This document shows positions 20,844-30,873 of a stretch of DNA of 64,000 nucleotides, one piece after another. A model generated the notes under the pieces. The model was not told the DNA's origin. It saw only the letters and a list, made by a program, of their open reading frames with translations, and did no database searches. The stretch spans positions 752-64,751 of the forward strand of contig CAKPQS010000002.1 in assembly GCA_934179675.1 (NCBI GenBank), written 5' to 3'. Both the position numbers and the translations under genes were made by a program. Source of the DNA: an uncultured Bacilli bacterium (GTDB lineage Bacteria; Bacillota_I; Bacilli_A; RF39; UBA660). Numbering within the stretch: the stretch's first letter is position 1; every line of letters begins with the position of its first letter.

Positions 20844-21927
20844 AGTCTTAGGCATATCTAAAACAGCAACTGATGCAGAAATAAAAAGTGCCTTTAGAAA
20901 AATGGCAAAACAATATCATCCAGATATAAATAAAGCACCAGATGCAGCAGAAAAATTTAAAGAAGCCCAAGAAGCATATGCCGTTTTATCCGATCCAAAC
21001 AAAAGAAAACAATATGATCAATACGGTCATGCAGCATTTGACAATAACGGTTCAACAGGAGGTTATGATTTTTCTGGCTTTGATTTTTCTGATATTTTCT
21101 CTGACCTTTTTGGAAGTTCTTTTGGCGGATTTAATTTTGGTGGAAGAACTAATACATCAAGAGGAAGTCGTAAAGGCGAAGACAATTTAGTAAGAGTTAA
21201 CTTAACATTTTTAGAAGCAATTAACGGCTGTAAAAAAACAATTAAAGTTGCAACAACTGAATTATGTCCAGACTGCAATGGTAAAGGCGGATTAGGAGAA
21301 AAAACATGTTCAGTATGTCATGGAAGTGGAACTGTTACAAGTGAACAAAGATCATTATTTGGATCATTTATGACAAGAACAACATGTGATAATTGCCACG
21401 GGAAAGGAACAACTTACGAAAAAAATTGTACAACATGTCGTGGAACAGGTAAAATAAACAAAACAAAAGAAATAGAAGTAAAAGTTCCGGCAGGTGTTGA
21501 TAATGGTAATCAATTAAGAATAGCTGGAAAAGGTGGAGCGGGTTATAATGGTGGCCCAAATGGAGATTTATATATTGAATTCACTGTTGAAGAACATCCA
21601 ATTTTCGAAAGAGAAGAAGATGATATATATTTATTTTTACCAATTACTATTGTAGATTGTGTACTTGGGTGCAAAAAGGATATTCCAACACTTGAAGGAA
21701 CAATTAAATTAACTATTCCCGAAAATTCTAAAACAGGTGATAAATTAAGAATAAAAGGAAAAGGTATAACTAATGTTAATACAGGTAAAAAAGGAGATAT
21801 GTATGTTGTCTTAAATATTTTACCACCAACAAAAATAACAAGAGAACAAAAAACACTACTAGAAAAATTAAGAGAAACAGATTTAGAAGATAATAAAGAA
21901 TTCAAAAAAATAAGAGAATATTTATAA
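20824..21927 (+). CDS. dnaJ: Chaperone DnaJ. Its start overlaps the end of pepF.
   Basis: J domain (DYYEVLGI...HPD), G/F region, four CxxCxGxG repeats. RBS AAGGAG 7 nt upstream of ATG 20824. Confidence 0.9.
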   Translation: MKKDYYEVLGISKTATDAEIKSAFRKMAKQYHPDINKAPDAAEKFKEAQEAYAVLSDPNKRKQYDQYGHAAFDNNGSTGGYDFSGFDFSDIFSDLFGSSFGGFNFGGRTNTSRGSRKGEDNLVRVNLTFLEAINGCKKTIKVATTELCPDCNGKGGLGEKTCSVCHGSGTVTSEQRSLFGSFMTRTTCDNCHGKGTTYEKNCTTCRGTGKINKTKEIEVKVPAGVDNGNQLRIAGKGGAGYNGGPNGDLYIEFTVEEHPIFEREEDDIYLFLPITIVDCVLGCKKDIPTLEGTIKLTIPENSKTGDKLRIKGKGITNVNTGKKGDMYVVLNILPPTKITREQKTLLEKLRETDLEDNKEFKKIREYL

Positions 21928-21932
21928 TCTTC

Positions 21933-21943
21933 TTTTTTTTTTT
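21933..21943 (+). repeat. Homopolymeric T11 tract at the -35 position of the promoter of the VirD4-like gene.
   Basis: Eleven consecutive T residues, ~12 nt upstream of an extended -10 (TGcTATACT at 21953-21961). Confidence 0.85.
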
Positions 21944-21989
21944 ACAAAAAAATGCTATACTATATTTAGATTAAAAAGCGGAGGACATT

Positions 21990-24071
21990 ATGAAAATAAA
22001 AGCTGAAAAAAAAGATTGGATAAAATTTATTGTTATATCAATTGCCTTATTTTATTTATCAACATTAATTGTTGAAAATTTAGCAAACTGGGCTAGTTAT
22101 GGAATAGTTGAACCATATATATGGCTATTTCCATACCATATTTATATGCCAGTTAGATTAATAGGAAGTATTTTACTTTTTATAGTATTAATGATATGGA
22201 TATTAACAAGTGTAAGTTCATTAATTTTTGATAAAGAAAAAGGAATAGGATTTGCTGTTAAGAAAAAGGAAAGCGATGGCTATTCTCATTGGGCAAAAGA
22301 AAAAGAAATTAAAGAACAATTAAAAATGGTTAAAGTAACTGATGAAAAAATGAAATATGGTGGTTTGCCTTTAATAAACAATGGCAAAGAAATATATGTT
22401 GATGATGGTGAATCCCATTCATTAATAATTGGTTCTACAGGTAGTGGTAAAACACAATATATGGTTTTACCAGCAGTTAAAATACTTGCTCGAAAAGGCG
22501 AATCAATGATTATAACCGATCCTAAAGGTGAAATATATGAAGAAACAGCAGAAATGCTAAAAGAAAAAGGTTATAATATTGTTTTATTAAATTTCCGTGA
22601 ACCGCAAAAAGGTAATTCATGGAATCCATTAAATTTGCCTTATTCATTATACAAAGAAGGAAACAAAGATAAAGCAATTGAATTATTAGACGATTTAGCA
22701 GCTAATATTTTGTATGATGAAAAAGCTCAAAATCAAGATCCATTTTGGGAAAAATCATCAGCTGATTATTTTTCTGGTTTAGCACTAGGTTTATTTGATG
22801 ATGCATCACCAGATGAAATAAATTTAAACAGTATTAACTTAATGAGTACAATAGGTGAAGAAAGATGTGGAGCTTCAACATACATTAAAGAATATTTTTC
22901 AACAAAAGATGCAGCTAGTAGTGCTTATGTAAATGCAAGTAGTGTTTTAATGGCACCATCAGAAACAAAAGGTGGTATTCTTGCTGTATTTAAACAAAAA
23001 GTAAAATTATTTACATCAAGAGAAGTATTATCAGAAATGCTTGCTCATAATGACTTTGATATGAAAGATATTGGAAGACAAAAAACAGCAGTATTTATAG
23101 TTATACAAGATGAAAAGAAAACATATCATTCATTAGTTACAATATTTATAAAACAATGTTATGAAACATTAATTGATGTAGCTCAAGAATGTGGTGGGAA
23201 ATTACCATATAGAACAAATTTTATATTGGATGAATTCGCTAATATGCCTCCATTAAAAGATGTTACAACAATGGTAACAGCAGCTAGAAGTCGTTTAATA
23301 AGATTTAACTTTATTATCCAAAACTTTGCTCAATTAAATCAAATATATGGTAAAGAACAAGCTGATACAATAAAAGGTAACTGTGGTAATATTATTTATT
23401 TAATAAGTACTGAAGTTGCAGCCCTAGAAGAAATAAGTAAATTATGTGGTGAAAAGAAATCAAAAGAAAAAGATAAAACAGCATCAACACCATTAATTAC
23501 TGTAAGTGATTTACAAAGATTAAAACAAGGCGAAACTATTATTTTAAGAACAAGGCAGTGGCCATTTAAAACTAAATTAGTCATGAACTGGAAAATAGAT
23601 TGGGGTAAAAAATATGATAAAGCAACATACCCAACTCGTGAAAAATTAAGTATTCCTATGTTTGATATAAAAGAATTTGTTGATAAAATTAAAGCTGAAA
23701 AATTTCAAAACATGGTAGGAAATATGAATCAACAACCTGCATTTCCATTCGGTGGTGCTAATCCATTTGGTGGTAATAATCCATTTGGTGAAAACTTTGG
23801 AAATAATAATTCATTTACTAATAATCAAGGTGCTGGTATTGATTTAGATGAAGTAGTTAAAAGAATCGATGCTAAAATAGCTGAATTAGAAGCTGAAGAA
23901 ACACTAGAAAAAGAAAAAGATTGGTCTTATGATGATAACAATGAAGTAAAAGAAATTAGTATGCCAGAGGAAATACCAGAGGAAACTAATATTTCTGAAG
24001 AACCTAAAAAGACAAGAGATGAAGTTACAGATGATGAGTTCTTTGATGATTTTTGGAGCGATGGAGAATAA
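21990..24071 (+). CDS. VirD4/TraG-family type IV coupling protein homolog with no adjacent relaxase or VirB4. It has an N-terminal 2-TM anchor and a C-terminal low-complexity tail.
   Basis: Two N-terminal TMs, Walker A GSTGSGKT, Walker B ILDEFANM, ~690 aa. Tail PFGGANPFGGNNPFGENFGNNNSF followed by an acidic stretch. Confidence 0.6.
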   Translation: MKIKAEKKDWIKFIVISIALFYLSTLIVENLANWASYGIVEPYIWLFPYHIYMPVRLIGSILLFIVLMIWILTSVSSLIFDKEKGIGFAVKKKESDGYSHWAKEKEIKEQLKMVKVTDEKMKYGGLPLINNGKEIYVDDGESHSLIIGSTGSGKTQYMVLPAVKILARKGESMIITDPKGEIYEETAEMLKEKGYNIVLLNFREPQKGNSWNPLNLPYSLYKEGNKDKAIELLDDLAANILYDEKAQNQDPFWEKSSADYFSGLALGLFDDASPDEINLNSINLMSTIGEERCGASTYIKEYFSTKDAASSAYVNASSVLMAPSETKGGILAVFKQKVKLFTSREVLSEMLAHNDFDMKDIGRQKTAVFIVIQDEKKTYHSLVTIFIKQCYETLIDVAQECGGKLPYRTNFILDEFANMPPLKDVTTMVTAARSRLIRFNFIIQNFAQLNQIYGKEQADTIKGNCGNIIYLISTEVAALEEISKLCGEKKSKEKDKTASTPLITVSDLQRLKQGETIILRTRQWPFKTKLVMNWKIDWGKKYDKATYPTREKLSIPMFDIKEFVDKIKAEKFQNMVGNMNQQPAFPFGGANPFGGNNPFGENFGNNNSFTNNQGAGIDLDEVVKRIDAKIAELEAEETLEKEKDWSYDDNNEVKEISMPEEIPEETNISEEPKKTRDEVTDDEFFDDFWSDGE

Positions 24072-24097
24072 ATAACATATAATATATTGGTGATTAT

Positions 24098-24379
24098 ATG
24101 AATTCAATTAGTATCGAAGAATTAAAAAAATATACAAATTATAAACTAATTGATATAAGAGATAAAGAAAGTTATATGAAGGGGCATCTAAAGGGTGCAG
24201 TTAATGTGGAAATAGAAGATATTCTTGCTTTTCCAAACAAATATTTAAGTAAAAATTTAACATATGTCTTTTATTGTGATGAAGGAAAATCAAGTTTAAA
24301 ATTAGTGCAAACTTTAAAAAAAAATTATGATGTTTTAAGTCTAAATGAAGGATATAATAAACTAAAAGGAATGAGATAA
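24098..24379 (+). CDS. Single-domain rhodanese (sulfurtransferase-like).
   Basis: LIDIRDKESYMKGHLKGAVNV with active-site loop YCDEGKSS. Confidence 0.65.
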   Translation: MNSISIEELKKYTNYKLIDIRDKESYMKGHLKGAVNVEIEDILAFPNKYLSKNLTYVFYCDEGKSSLKLVQTLKKNYDVLSLNEGYNKLKGMR

Positions 24380-24449
24380 AACTTATTCTTTTTTAGTTAA
24401 TGATATTTCTTTTTTATAGAAATAATGATATACTTATAACGGTGATAAA

Positions 24450-25520
24450 ATGGAATATGTAATAATATTATTAATAGTTATAAACTTGATATTAACAGTT
24501 ATAACATTAACAAAAAACATAAATGAAAGAAATATAACAGATAAAATAAGCAATCTAGAAAAAAATACAATTCAAGAATTAAGTGATTTTAGATCTTCTC
24601 TAACAAAAGATCTAACTGATGATTTTAATAAATTAAGTGATAGAATAGAAAATAAAATGGTAACAATAGATAATAAAGTAAATAGTAGATTAGATGAAAA
24701 TTTTGAAAAAACAAATAAAACATTTACAAGTGTATTAGAAAAATTAGCAAAAATAGATGAAGCCCAGAAAAAAATAGATACATTATCAACAGATATAATA
24801 TCATTACAAGGAATTTTAACAGATAAAAAAGCTAGAGGTACATTTGGTGAAGTTAATTTAAAACATATTATGAATAGTGTATTTGGCAATGATACAAAAC
24901 TATATCAAATGCAATATAAATTTGCAACCGGCGAAATAGCTGACTGTGTTTTATTCGCACCCGATCCATTAGGTTTAGTCGCAATTGATTCAAAATTTCC
25001 CCTTGAAAATTATCAAAGAATGGTTGATAAAAATTTAAGCCAAAATGCTAGAGATTTAGCCGAAAAAGCATTCATTCAAGATTTTAAAAAACATATTGAT
25101 GATATCTCTAAAAAATATATCATTCCTAATATAACAAGTGATCAAGCATTTATGTTCTTACCAGCAGAAGCCGTTTTTGCCGAAGTACAAGCTTATCATC
25201 AAGAATTAATTGATTATGCCTATAAGAAAAAAGTTTGGTTAGTTTCACCAACAACACTAATAAGTACGTTAACTACAATCCAAATAATTGTTAAAAATGT
25301 TGAAAGAGATAAATATGCAAGTATAATACATGATCAATTAAAACTATTAGATGTTGAATTTAGGAGATATAAAGAAAGATGGGATAAATTATCAACCCAT
25401 ATTGAAACAATTAATAATGATGTTAAAGATTTGCACACAACAAGTGAAAAAATATGTAAAAAATTTGATTCAATTAATAAAGTTGAAATAAAAGAAATAG
25501 AGGATAAAAATGGAAGATAA
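24450..25520 (+). CDS. rmuC: DNA recombination protein RmuC.
   Basis: N-terminal TM, long coiled coil, C-terminal RmuC nuclease-like domain (ARGTFGEVNLKHIM...LVAIDSKFPLENY). Confidence 0.7.
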   Translation: MEYVIILLIVINLILTVITLTKNINERNITDKISNLEKNTIQELSDFRSSLTKDLTDDFNKLSDRIENKMVTIDNKVNSRLDENFEKTNKTFTSVLEKLAKIDEAQKKIDTLSTDIISLQGILTDKKARGTFGEVNLKHIMNSVFGNDTKLYQMQYKFATGEIADCVLFAPDPLGLVAIDSKFPLENYQRMVDKNLSQNARDLAEKAFIQDFKKHIDDISKKYIIPNITSDQAFMFLPAEAVFAEVQAYHQELIDYAYKKKVWLVSPTTLISTLTTIQIIVKNVERDKYASIIHDQLKLLDVEFRRYKERWDKLSTHIETINNDVKDLHTTSEKICKKFDSINKVEIKEIEDKNGR

Positions 25521-27633
25521 AATAGTAGAACTTTTAAAAACAGAAAATAGAGGATTTAGTTTTGAAGAAATAATTAATTATTTAAATTTAAAAGAAACAA
25601 ATGATTTAGAAGAAGTAGTTAAATGTTTAAATAATATGCAACAAAAAGCAACAATTTATCAGTCAAAAGCTAAAAAATATATGTTATTAATTAATAGTCA
25701 TTTAAAAACAGGAAAATTTGTAGGTAATAGAAAAGGATTTGGTTTTGTAATTATTCAAGGAGAAGAAGATACTTTTATTGCTAAAAATAACGTAAATGGT
25801 GCGATTGATGGTGATACAGTTGTACTTGAAATATTTAAAAAAGGTATGAAACCAGAAGGCAGAATATTAAGTATTGTCAATCGTGAAAATAAATTATTTG
25901 TTGGTGAATATTACTATAAAGATAAAAAAGGTCATATTATTTTTGATGATAATAAAATAAGTATTGATGTTATAATTGAACCATCAAAATCAATGAATGC
26001 TATGGATGGACATAAAGTATTAATTAAATTAGGCAAAAAATTAAAAGCAAATACTTATGAAGGTGAAGTTGTAAAAATAATTGGTCATAAAAATGATCCG
26101 GGAGTTGATATATTATCTATAATTGCCAAATATGATTTTTCTGATCAATTTCCAGAAGAAGTAATGAAAGAATTAGATGATATACCAAATGAAATAGATG
26201 AAAATGATATAAAAAATCGTGTTGACTTAAGAAGTATAGAATTATTTACGATCGATGGTGATGATGCTAAAGATCTAGATGATGCTGTAAGTCTAAAAAT
26301 GCTTGAAAATGGAAATTATGAATTAGGGGTTCATATTGCTGATGTTAGTTATTATGTCAAAGAAAATACAGCAATAGATAAAGAAGCATATAATAGAGGA
26401 ACAAGTGTATATTTAGTTGATCGTGTTTTACCAATGTTACCACATAAATTATCAAATGGAATATGTTCATTAAATGGAGGCGTTGATAGATTTGCACTAT
26501 CTTGTATAATGGAAATAAACGAAAAAGGTGATGTTGTTAATTATAATGTTTTTCCAAGCGTAATTAAATCAAAATTAAGAATGACATATAAAAAAGTAAA
26601 CGATATTCTTGAAAAAAATATAGTTGATGAGTTATATGAACCATTTGCAAATACATTAAGAAATATGAAAAAATTATCTGATATTTTAAGAGAAAATAAA
26701 AAAAGAAGAGGATATATTGATTTTGAAATACCAGAGGTAAAAATAATAGTTGATGAAAAAGGGAAACCAATTGAATTATCAAAAAGAGTACAAGGAACAG
26801 GGGAAAAATTAATTGAAGATTTTATGATTGTTGCTAATGAAACTGTTGCAACATATATAAATAATATGGAATTACCTTTTATATATCGTGTTCATGGTGA
26901 ACCAAGTCAAGAAAAATTAAATAATTTTTTAAATTTTGTAAGCATTTTGGGATATAAACCAACAGGTAAACTAAAAAAATCAAGTCCTCAATCAGTACAA
27001 AATTTATTGAATCAATTAAAAGATAAACCAGAATTCCCAATATTTTCGGAATTATTATTAAGAAGTATGCAAAAAGCCGTTTATAGTGATACAAATATTG
27101 GTCATTTTGGATTAGGAAGTGAATGCTATACACATTTTACATCACCAATAAGAAGATATCCTGATACAACTGTTCATAGATTACTTAGAACTTATATTTT
27201 TGAAGGTCATATAGATAATTATACTGTTGATGCTATGAATATAAAAATGCCAGTTATAGCAGAACATACAAGCGAAAAAGAAGTTGATGCTATTGAGTGT
27301 GAAAGAGAAGTAGATGACATGAAAATGGCTGAATACATGGAAGATCATATAGGTGAAGTATATGTTGGAAGAATAAGCGGTGTTATGAATTTTGGTTTAT
27401 TCGTTGAACTTGATAATTTAGTTGAAGGTTTAATAAGAATAGAAGATTTAGATGATGATTTTTATATTTATGATGAAGAAAATTATAGATTAATAGGTAG
27501 AAAACATCATAAACAATATCGAATTGGTGATAATATAAAGATTATTGTAAAATCGGCTTCGAAAGCATCTAAAACTATTGACTTCTTAATTTACAAGGAG
27601 GAAGAAAATGGAAATACTAAACAGAAAAGCTAG
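25510..27633 (+). CDS. rnr: Ribonuclease R.
   Basis: Cold-shock/OB N-terminus, RNB catalytic domain (DGDDAKDLDDAVS, HIADVSYYV), C-terminal S1 domain. Confidence 0.9.
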   Translation: MEDKIVELLKTENRGFSFEEIINYLNLKETNDLEEVVKCLNNMQQKATIYQSKAKKYMLLINSHLKTGKFVGNRKGFGFVIIQGEEDTFIAKNNVNGAIDGDTVVLEIFKKGMKPEGRILSIVNRENKLFVGEYYYKDKKGHIIFDDNKISIDVIIEPSKSMNAMDGHKVLIKLGKKLKANTYEGEVVKIIGHKNDPGVDILSIIAKYDFSDQFPEEVMKELDDIPNEIDENDIKNRVDLRSIELFTIDGDDAKDLDDAVSLKMLENGNYELGVHIADVSYYVKENTAIDKEAYNRGTSVYLVDRVLPMLPHKLSNGICSLNGGVDRFALSCIMEINEKGDVVNYNVFPSVIKSKLRMTYKKVNDILEKNIVDELYEPFANTLRNMKKLSDILRENKKRRGYIDFEIPEVKIIVDEKGKPIELSKRVQGTGEKLIEDFMIVANETVATYINNMELPFIYRVHGEPSQEKLNNFLNFVSILGYKPTGKLKKSSPQSVQNLLNQLKDKPEFPIFSELLLRSMQKAVYSDTNIGHFGLGSECYTHFTSPIRRYPDTTVHRLLRTYIFEGHIDNYTVDAMNIKMPVIAEHTSEKEVDAIECEREVDDMKMAEYMEDHIGEVYVGRISGVMNFGLFVELDNLVEGLIRIEDLDDDFYIYDEENYRLIGRKHHKQYRIGDNIKIIVKSASKASKTIDFLIYKEEENGNTKQKS

Positions 27634-28042
27634 ATTTAATTATGAAATAATAGATACCATTGAATGTGGAATAGTATTAAAGGGAACTGAAATTAAGTCA
27701 ATAAGAGCAGGAAAAGCAAATATTAAAGATAGTTATGGAATTATAAAAAATAATGAAGTATATATATTAAATATGCATATTAGTACTTATGAAAATGGTG
27801 GTGTATTTAATCATGATGAAACAAGAACAAGAAAACTTTTGCTGCACAAAAATCAAATCTTAAAATTAAAAAATAAATTAGAACTAGATGGATTTACATT
27901 AGTACCATTAAAATTGTATTTTGTAAATGGCCGAGCTAAAATAGAACTTGGATTATGTAGAGGAAAAAAAATATATGATAAAAGGGAAAGTTCTAAAAAA
28001 AGAGATATTGAAAGAGAATTAAAAAAGCAATATAAAGTATAA
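27608..28042 (+). CDS. smpB: SsrA-binding protein SmpB.
   Basis: RKARFNYEIIDTIECGIVLKGTEIKSIR...; terminator hairpin downstream at 28050-28078. Confidence 0.9.
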   Translation: MEILNRKARFNYEIIDTIECGIVLKGTEIKSIRAGKANIKDSYGIIKNNEVYILNMHISTYENGGVFNHDETRTRKLLLHKNQILKLKNKLELDGFTLVPLKLYFVNGRAKIELGLCRGKKIYDKRESSKKRDIERELKKQYKV

Positions 28043-28294
28043 AAAATGAAAAGTAAACATTAAAATAGTTTACTTTTTTGGGCTAGATGTAATATATATT
28101 AAGATATTTAATATAGAATTAAAAAAATGTGGAATTATTGATATAAGAAATTATAAAAGATAGTTTTATTCACATTATAAATTTAGATGAATAAAAAATA
28201 TATGAAAATTTAATTCCTTCAATCATACAAAATACCTTGCAATAATAATAAATTATGGTATAATATTTTTTATAGGGATAACCTATTAACTATT

Positions 28295-28629
28295 GGGGAT
28301 GCCAGGTTTCGACAGAAATATGAGAGTATTGGCCGCAAGTCGTAGGAACACGTTACGAACAAAAATAAAATAACTGGAAACAGAAATCAATTAGCTTTCG
28401 CTTAATATAAGAAGGCGCTTCACTTAATTTTCTCCCATGAAATTATTTGGGGCTCATTTAATGGGATATATTAGTTTATTTGCCTAGATAAATTAATGAA
28501 TAATAAAGGCTACTAAATTAGGGATTGCTAGTTATCAACTTTCTTTAGGACATTTATTAACTAGATAAACTTGTAGAAACTGATAGATGATTATTTTTGG
28601 ACAGGATTTCAATATCCTCATCTCCACCA
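28295..28629 (+). ncRNA. ssrA: tmRNA (SsrA). Predicted tag reading frame ends ...GNRNQLAFA.
   Basis: 5' GGGGATGCCAGGTTTCGACAG and 3' GGACAGGATTTCAATATCCTCATCTCCACCA (tRNA-like acceptor/T-arm, CCA). Internal ORF ends GCT TTC GCT TAA. Upstream extended -10 promoter (TTGCAA...TGGTATAAT). Sits downstream of smpB as in Bacillus. Confidence 0.85.
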
Positions 28630-28635
28630 TAAGAA

Positions 28636-28665
28636 ATCAAAGATTCATTTTTTGAATCTTTTTTA
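28636..28665 (+). terminator. Rho-independent terminator after ssrA (AAAGATTC-attttt-GAATCTTT followed by a T-run).
   Basis: 8-bp stem and T-run directly after the CCA end. Confidence 0.65.
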
Positions 28666-28721
28666 GTTATATTAAATATATGATATTTTTATAAGAACAT
28701 ATTTTATAATGAGGTGATAAA

Positions 28722-29294
28722 ATGTCTAGATTAATAAAAGACAAAAATATATCTATAACTCAAAAATATGGTAAAAATCATACAGGAATAGATATCATAG
28801 GAACAGTAGGAGGTAATTCTTACATAAAAGCACATACTGATGGTACAGTATATAAAATTGTAGATGGAAGAAATAATGATACAAATACTAAAGGAGCAAA
28901 TAGATATGGAAACTATATCCAATTAAAACATAAAGGTGGTTATTATACTTTGTATGCTCATTTACAAAAAGGCTTAAAATTAAAAGTAGGCGATAAAGTA
29001 AAACAAGGCGATATAATAGGAATTATGGGTAATTCAGGAAACGCTTATGGAACACATCTTCATTTTGAAGTAAGAAAACCAGATAACTATGTTATAGATC
29101 CTGAAAATTATTTAGAAAATAATTTGCCAAATGAAGAAGATGATATTAAATTATATTATAGGGTACACTTGTTAAAAGAAAATAAATGGTTGTCATGGAT
29201 AAAACAAAACAATAATGAAAATCCTAATAGTTATGATTATGCAGGAATATATGGAAAAGAAATAGATGGTATTCAAATCAAAGTAGAAAAATAA
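28722..29294 (+). CDS. M23 family metallopeptidase (LytM domain) without a signal peptide; C-terminal domain of unknown function.
   Basis: HTGIDI...YAHL...GDIIGIMGNSGNAYGTHLHFEV motifs. No N-terminal hydrophobic segment. Confidence 0.7.
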   Translation: MSRLIKDKNISITQKYGKNHTGIDIIGTVGGNSYIKAHTDGTVYKIVDGRNNDTNTKGANRYGNYIQLKHKGGYYTLYAHLQKGLKLKVGDKVKQGDIIGIMGNSGNAYGTHLHFEVRKPDNYVIDPENYLENNLPNEEDDIKLYYRVHLLKENKWLSWIKQNNNENPNSYDYAGIYGKEIDGIQIKVEK

Positions 29295-29415
29295 TAACTT
29301 AATTTTATAAAAATATTTGCATTTATTATATATCATGGTGTAAAATGTATATGGAATGGTAAGTTTTACCATAAACTAGAAATTATCTAGTATAACATCT
29401 ATTTTGGGAGGAAAA

Positions 29416-30873
29416 ATGAAAAAATTAAATGAATTAATTGACTTAAAAGAAAATATAGATCTAGAAATTGATAATTTAAACGATGATTCAAGAAATATAA
29501 AAGAAAAAGGATTATTTTTTGCAATCAAAGGTTTAACAAATGATGGAAACAAATATATAGAATCAGCTATAAAAAATGGAGCTGTTGCAATTGTAACAGA
29601 AGAAGATATAGAAGCAAGTATTCCAGTAATTAAAGTAAATGATGTTCAAATGACATATAATAATGCATTAAATATTTTTTATAATAAACCATTAGATAAA
29701 ATAAAAATAATATCAGTAACTGGTACAGATGGAAAAACAACAGTTGCAGAAATAATTTATCAATTATTAAATAATTATACAAAAATAGGATATATAGGAA
29801 CAAATGGTATAAAATATAAAAAATTTAAAATGGATAATCCTCATACTACACCATTACCAGATGTATTATTTAGTGCTTTGAATGAATTTGTTAATTTAGG
29901 ATGTGAGTATGTTGTAATGGAATCATCTTCAGAACGATTAGCAACTAAAAAATTAGACAAAATAAATTTTGATGTTTCTATTTTTACAAATCTATCAAGA
30001 GATCATTTAGACACTCATAAAACAATGGAAAATTATGCATTAGCAAAGGCAAAAAGTTTTGAACAATTAAAACCAGATGGTCTAGGAATAGTAAATTATG
30101 ATGATAGCTATAAAGAATATTTTATAACAAAATGTAATGGTAAATGTTTAACATATTCATTAAAAGATAGTAATGCTGATATATATGCAAGTCATATTTT
30201 AGTAAGATATAATCGTTTAGAATTTGATATAGATGGTATTTATGGACATCACCATGTTATATCACATATATCAGGAGAATTTAATGTTTATAATCTAATG
30301 AGTGCGATTTTATGTTTGAAACATTTAGGATATGATACCAAAAGTATTATTAAAAATATAGCTTTATTAAAACCAATTGATGCTAGACAACTATTAATAA
30401 AAACAAACTTTGGCTTTAATATTATGATAGATTATGCACATACAGCCAATGCTTTTAAAAATTTATATAATTATATGAAAAATACTTTTAGTGGAAGATG
30501 TATTGTTGTAACTGGAGCACCAGGAGGTCGTGATGAAAGAAGAATGATTGAAATGGCCAATTATTGTACAGAAACAGTTGATTATTGCTATTTTACAATC
30601 GATGATGCAAGAGATTCTGATCCAAACTATCTTCTTAATTTAATGGTAAGTGAAACAAAAAAAGATAATTATGAATTAATTATTGATCGTGATGAAGCTA
30701 TAAAAAAAGCTTTAATGAACGCTAAAAAAGGAGATTTAGTATTTGTACTTGGAAAAGGATTGGAAAAATATCAATTAACAAAAGGCAAAAATGTAGCACG
30801 ACCAAATGATGTTGAATCATGTAAAAAAGTACTAAAATATCTTGAAAAATGTAATGAAAAAAATGTCATTTAG
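29416..30873 (+). CDS. murE: UDP-N-acetylmuramoyl-tripeptide synthetase MurE-like Mur ligase.
   Basis: ISVTGTDGKTT P-loop, TNLSRDHLD, DNPHTTP. Three-domain Mur ligase, ~485 aa. Confidence 0.75.
   Translation: MKKLNELIDLKENIDLEIDNLNDDSRNIKEKGLFFAIKGLTNDGNKYIESAIKNGAVAIVTEEDIEASIPVIKVNDVQMTYNNALNIFYNKPLDKIKIISVTGTDGKTTVAEIIYQLLNNYTKIGYIGTNGIKYKKFKMDNPHTTPLPDVLFSALNEFVNLGCEYVVMESSSERLATKKLDKINFDVSIFTNLSRDHLDTHKTMENYALAKAKSFEQLKPDGLGIVNYDDSYKEYFITKCNGKCLTYSLKDSNADIYASHILVRYNRLEFDIDGIYGHHHVISHISGEFNVYNLMSAILCLKHLGYDTKSIIKNIALLKPIDARQLLIKTNFGFNIMIDYAHTANAFKNLYNYMKNTFSGRCIVVTGAPGGRDERRMIEMANYCTETVDYCYFTIDDARDSDPNYLLNLMVSETKKDNYELIIDRDEAIKKALMNAKKGDLVFVLGKGLEKYQLTKGKNVARPNDVESCKKVLKYLEKCNEKNVI

Noticed and set aside
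28043-28294. The 250-nt intergenic region between smpB and ssrA was scanned for an additional small RNA or an island attachment site.
   Set aside because: It contains only the smpB terminator and a good extended -10 promoter for ssrA.
29340-29385. Two perfect small palindromes (ATGGTAA-gtt-TTACCAT and CTAGA-aatta-TCTAG) upstream of murE.
   Set aside because: Neither is followed by a U-tract and neither matches a known operator. They could be a regulatory site, but the evidence is too weak to call.
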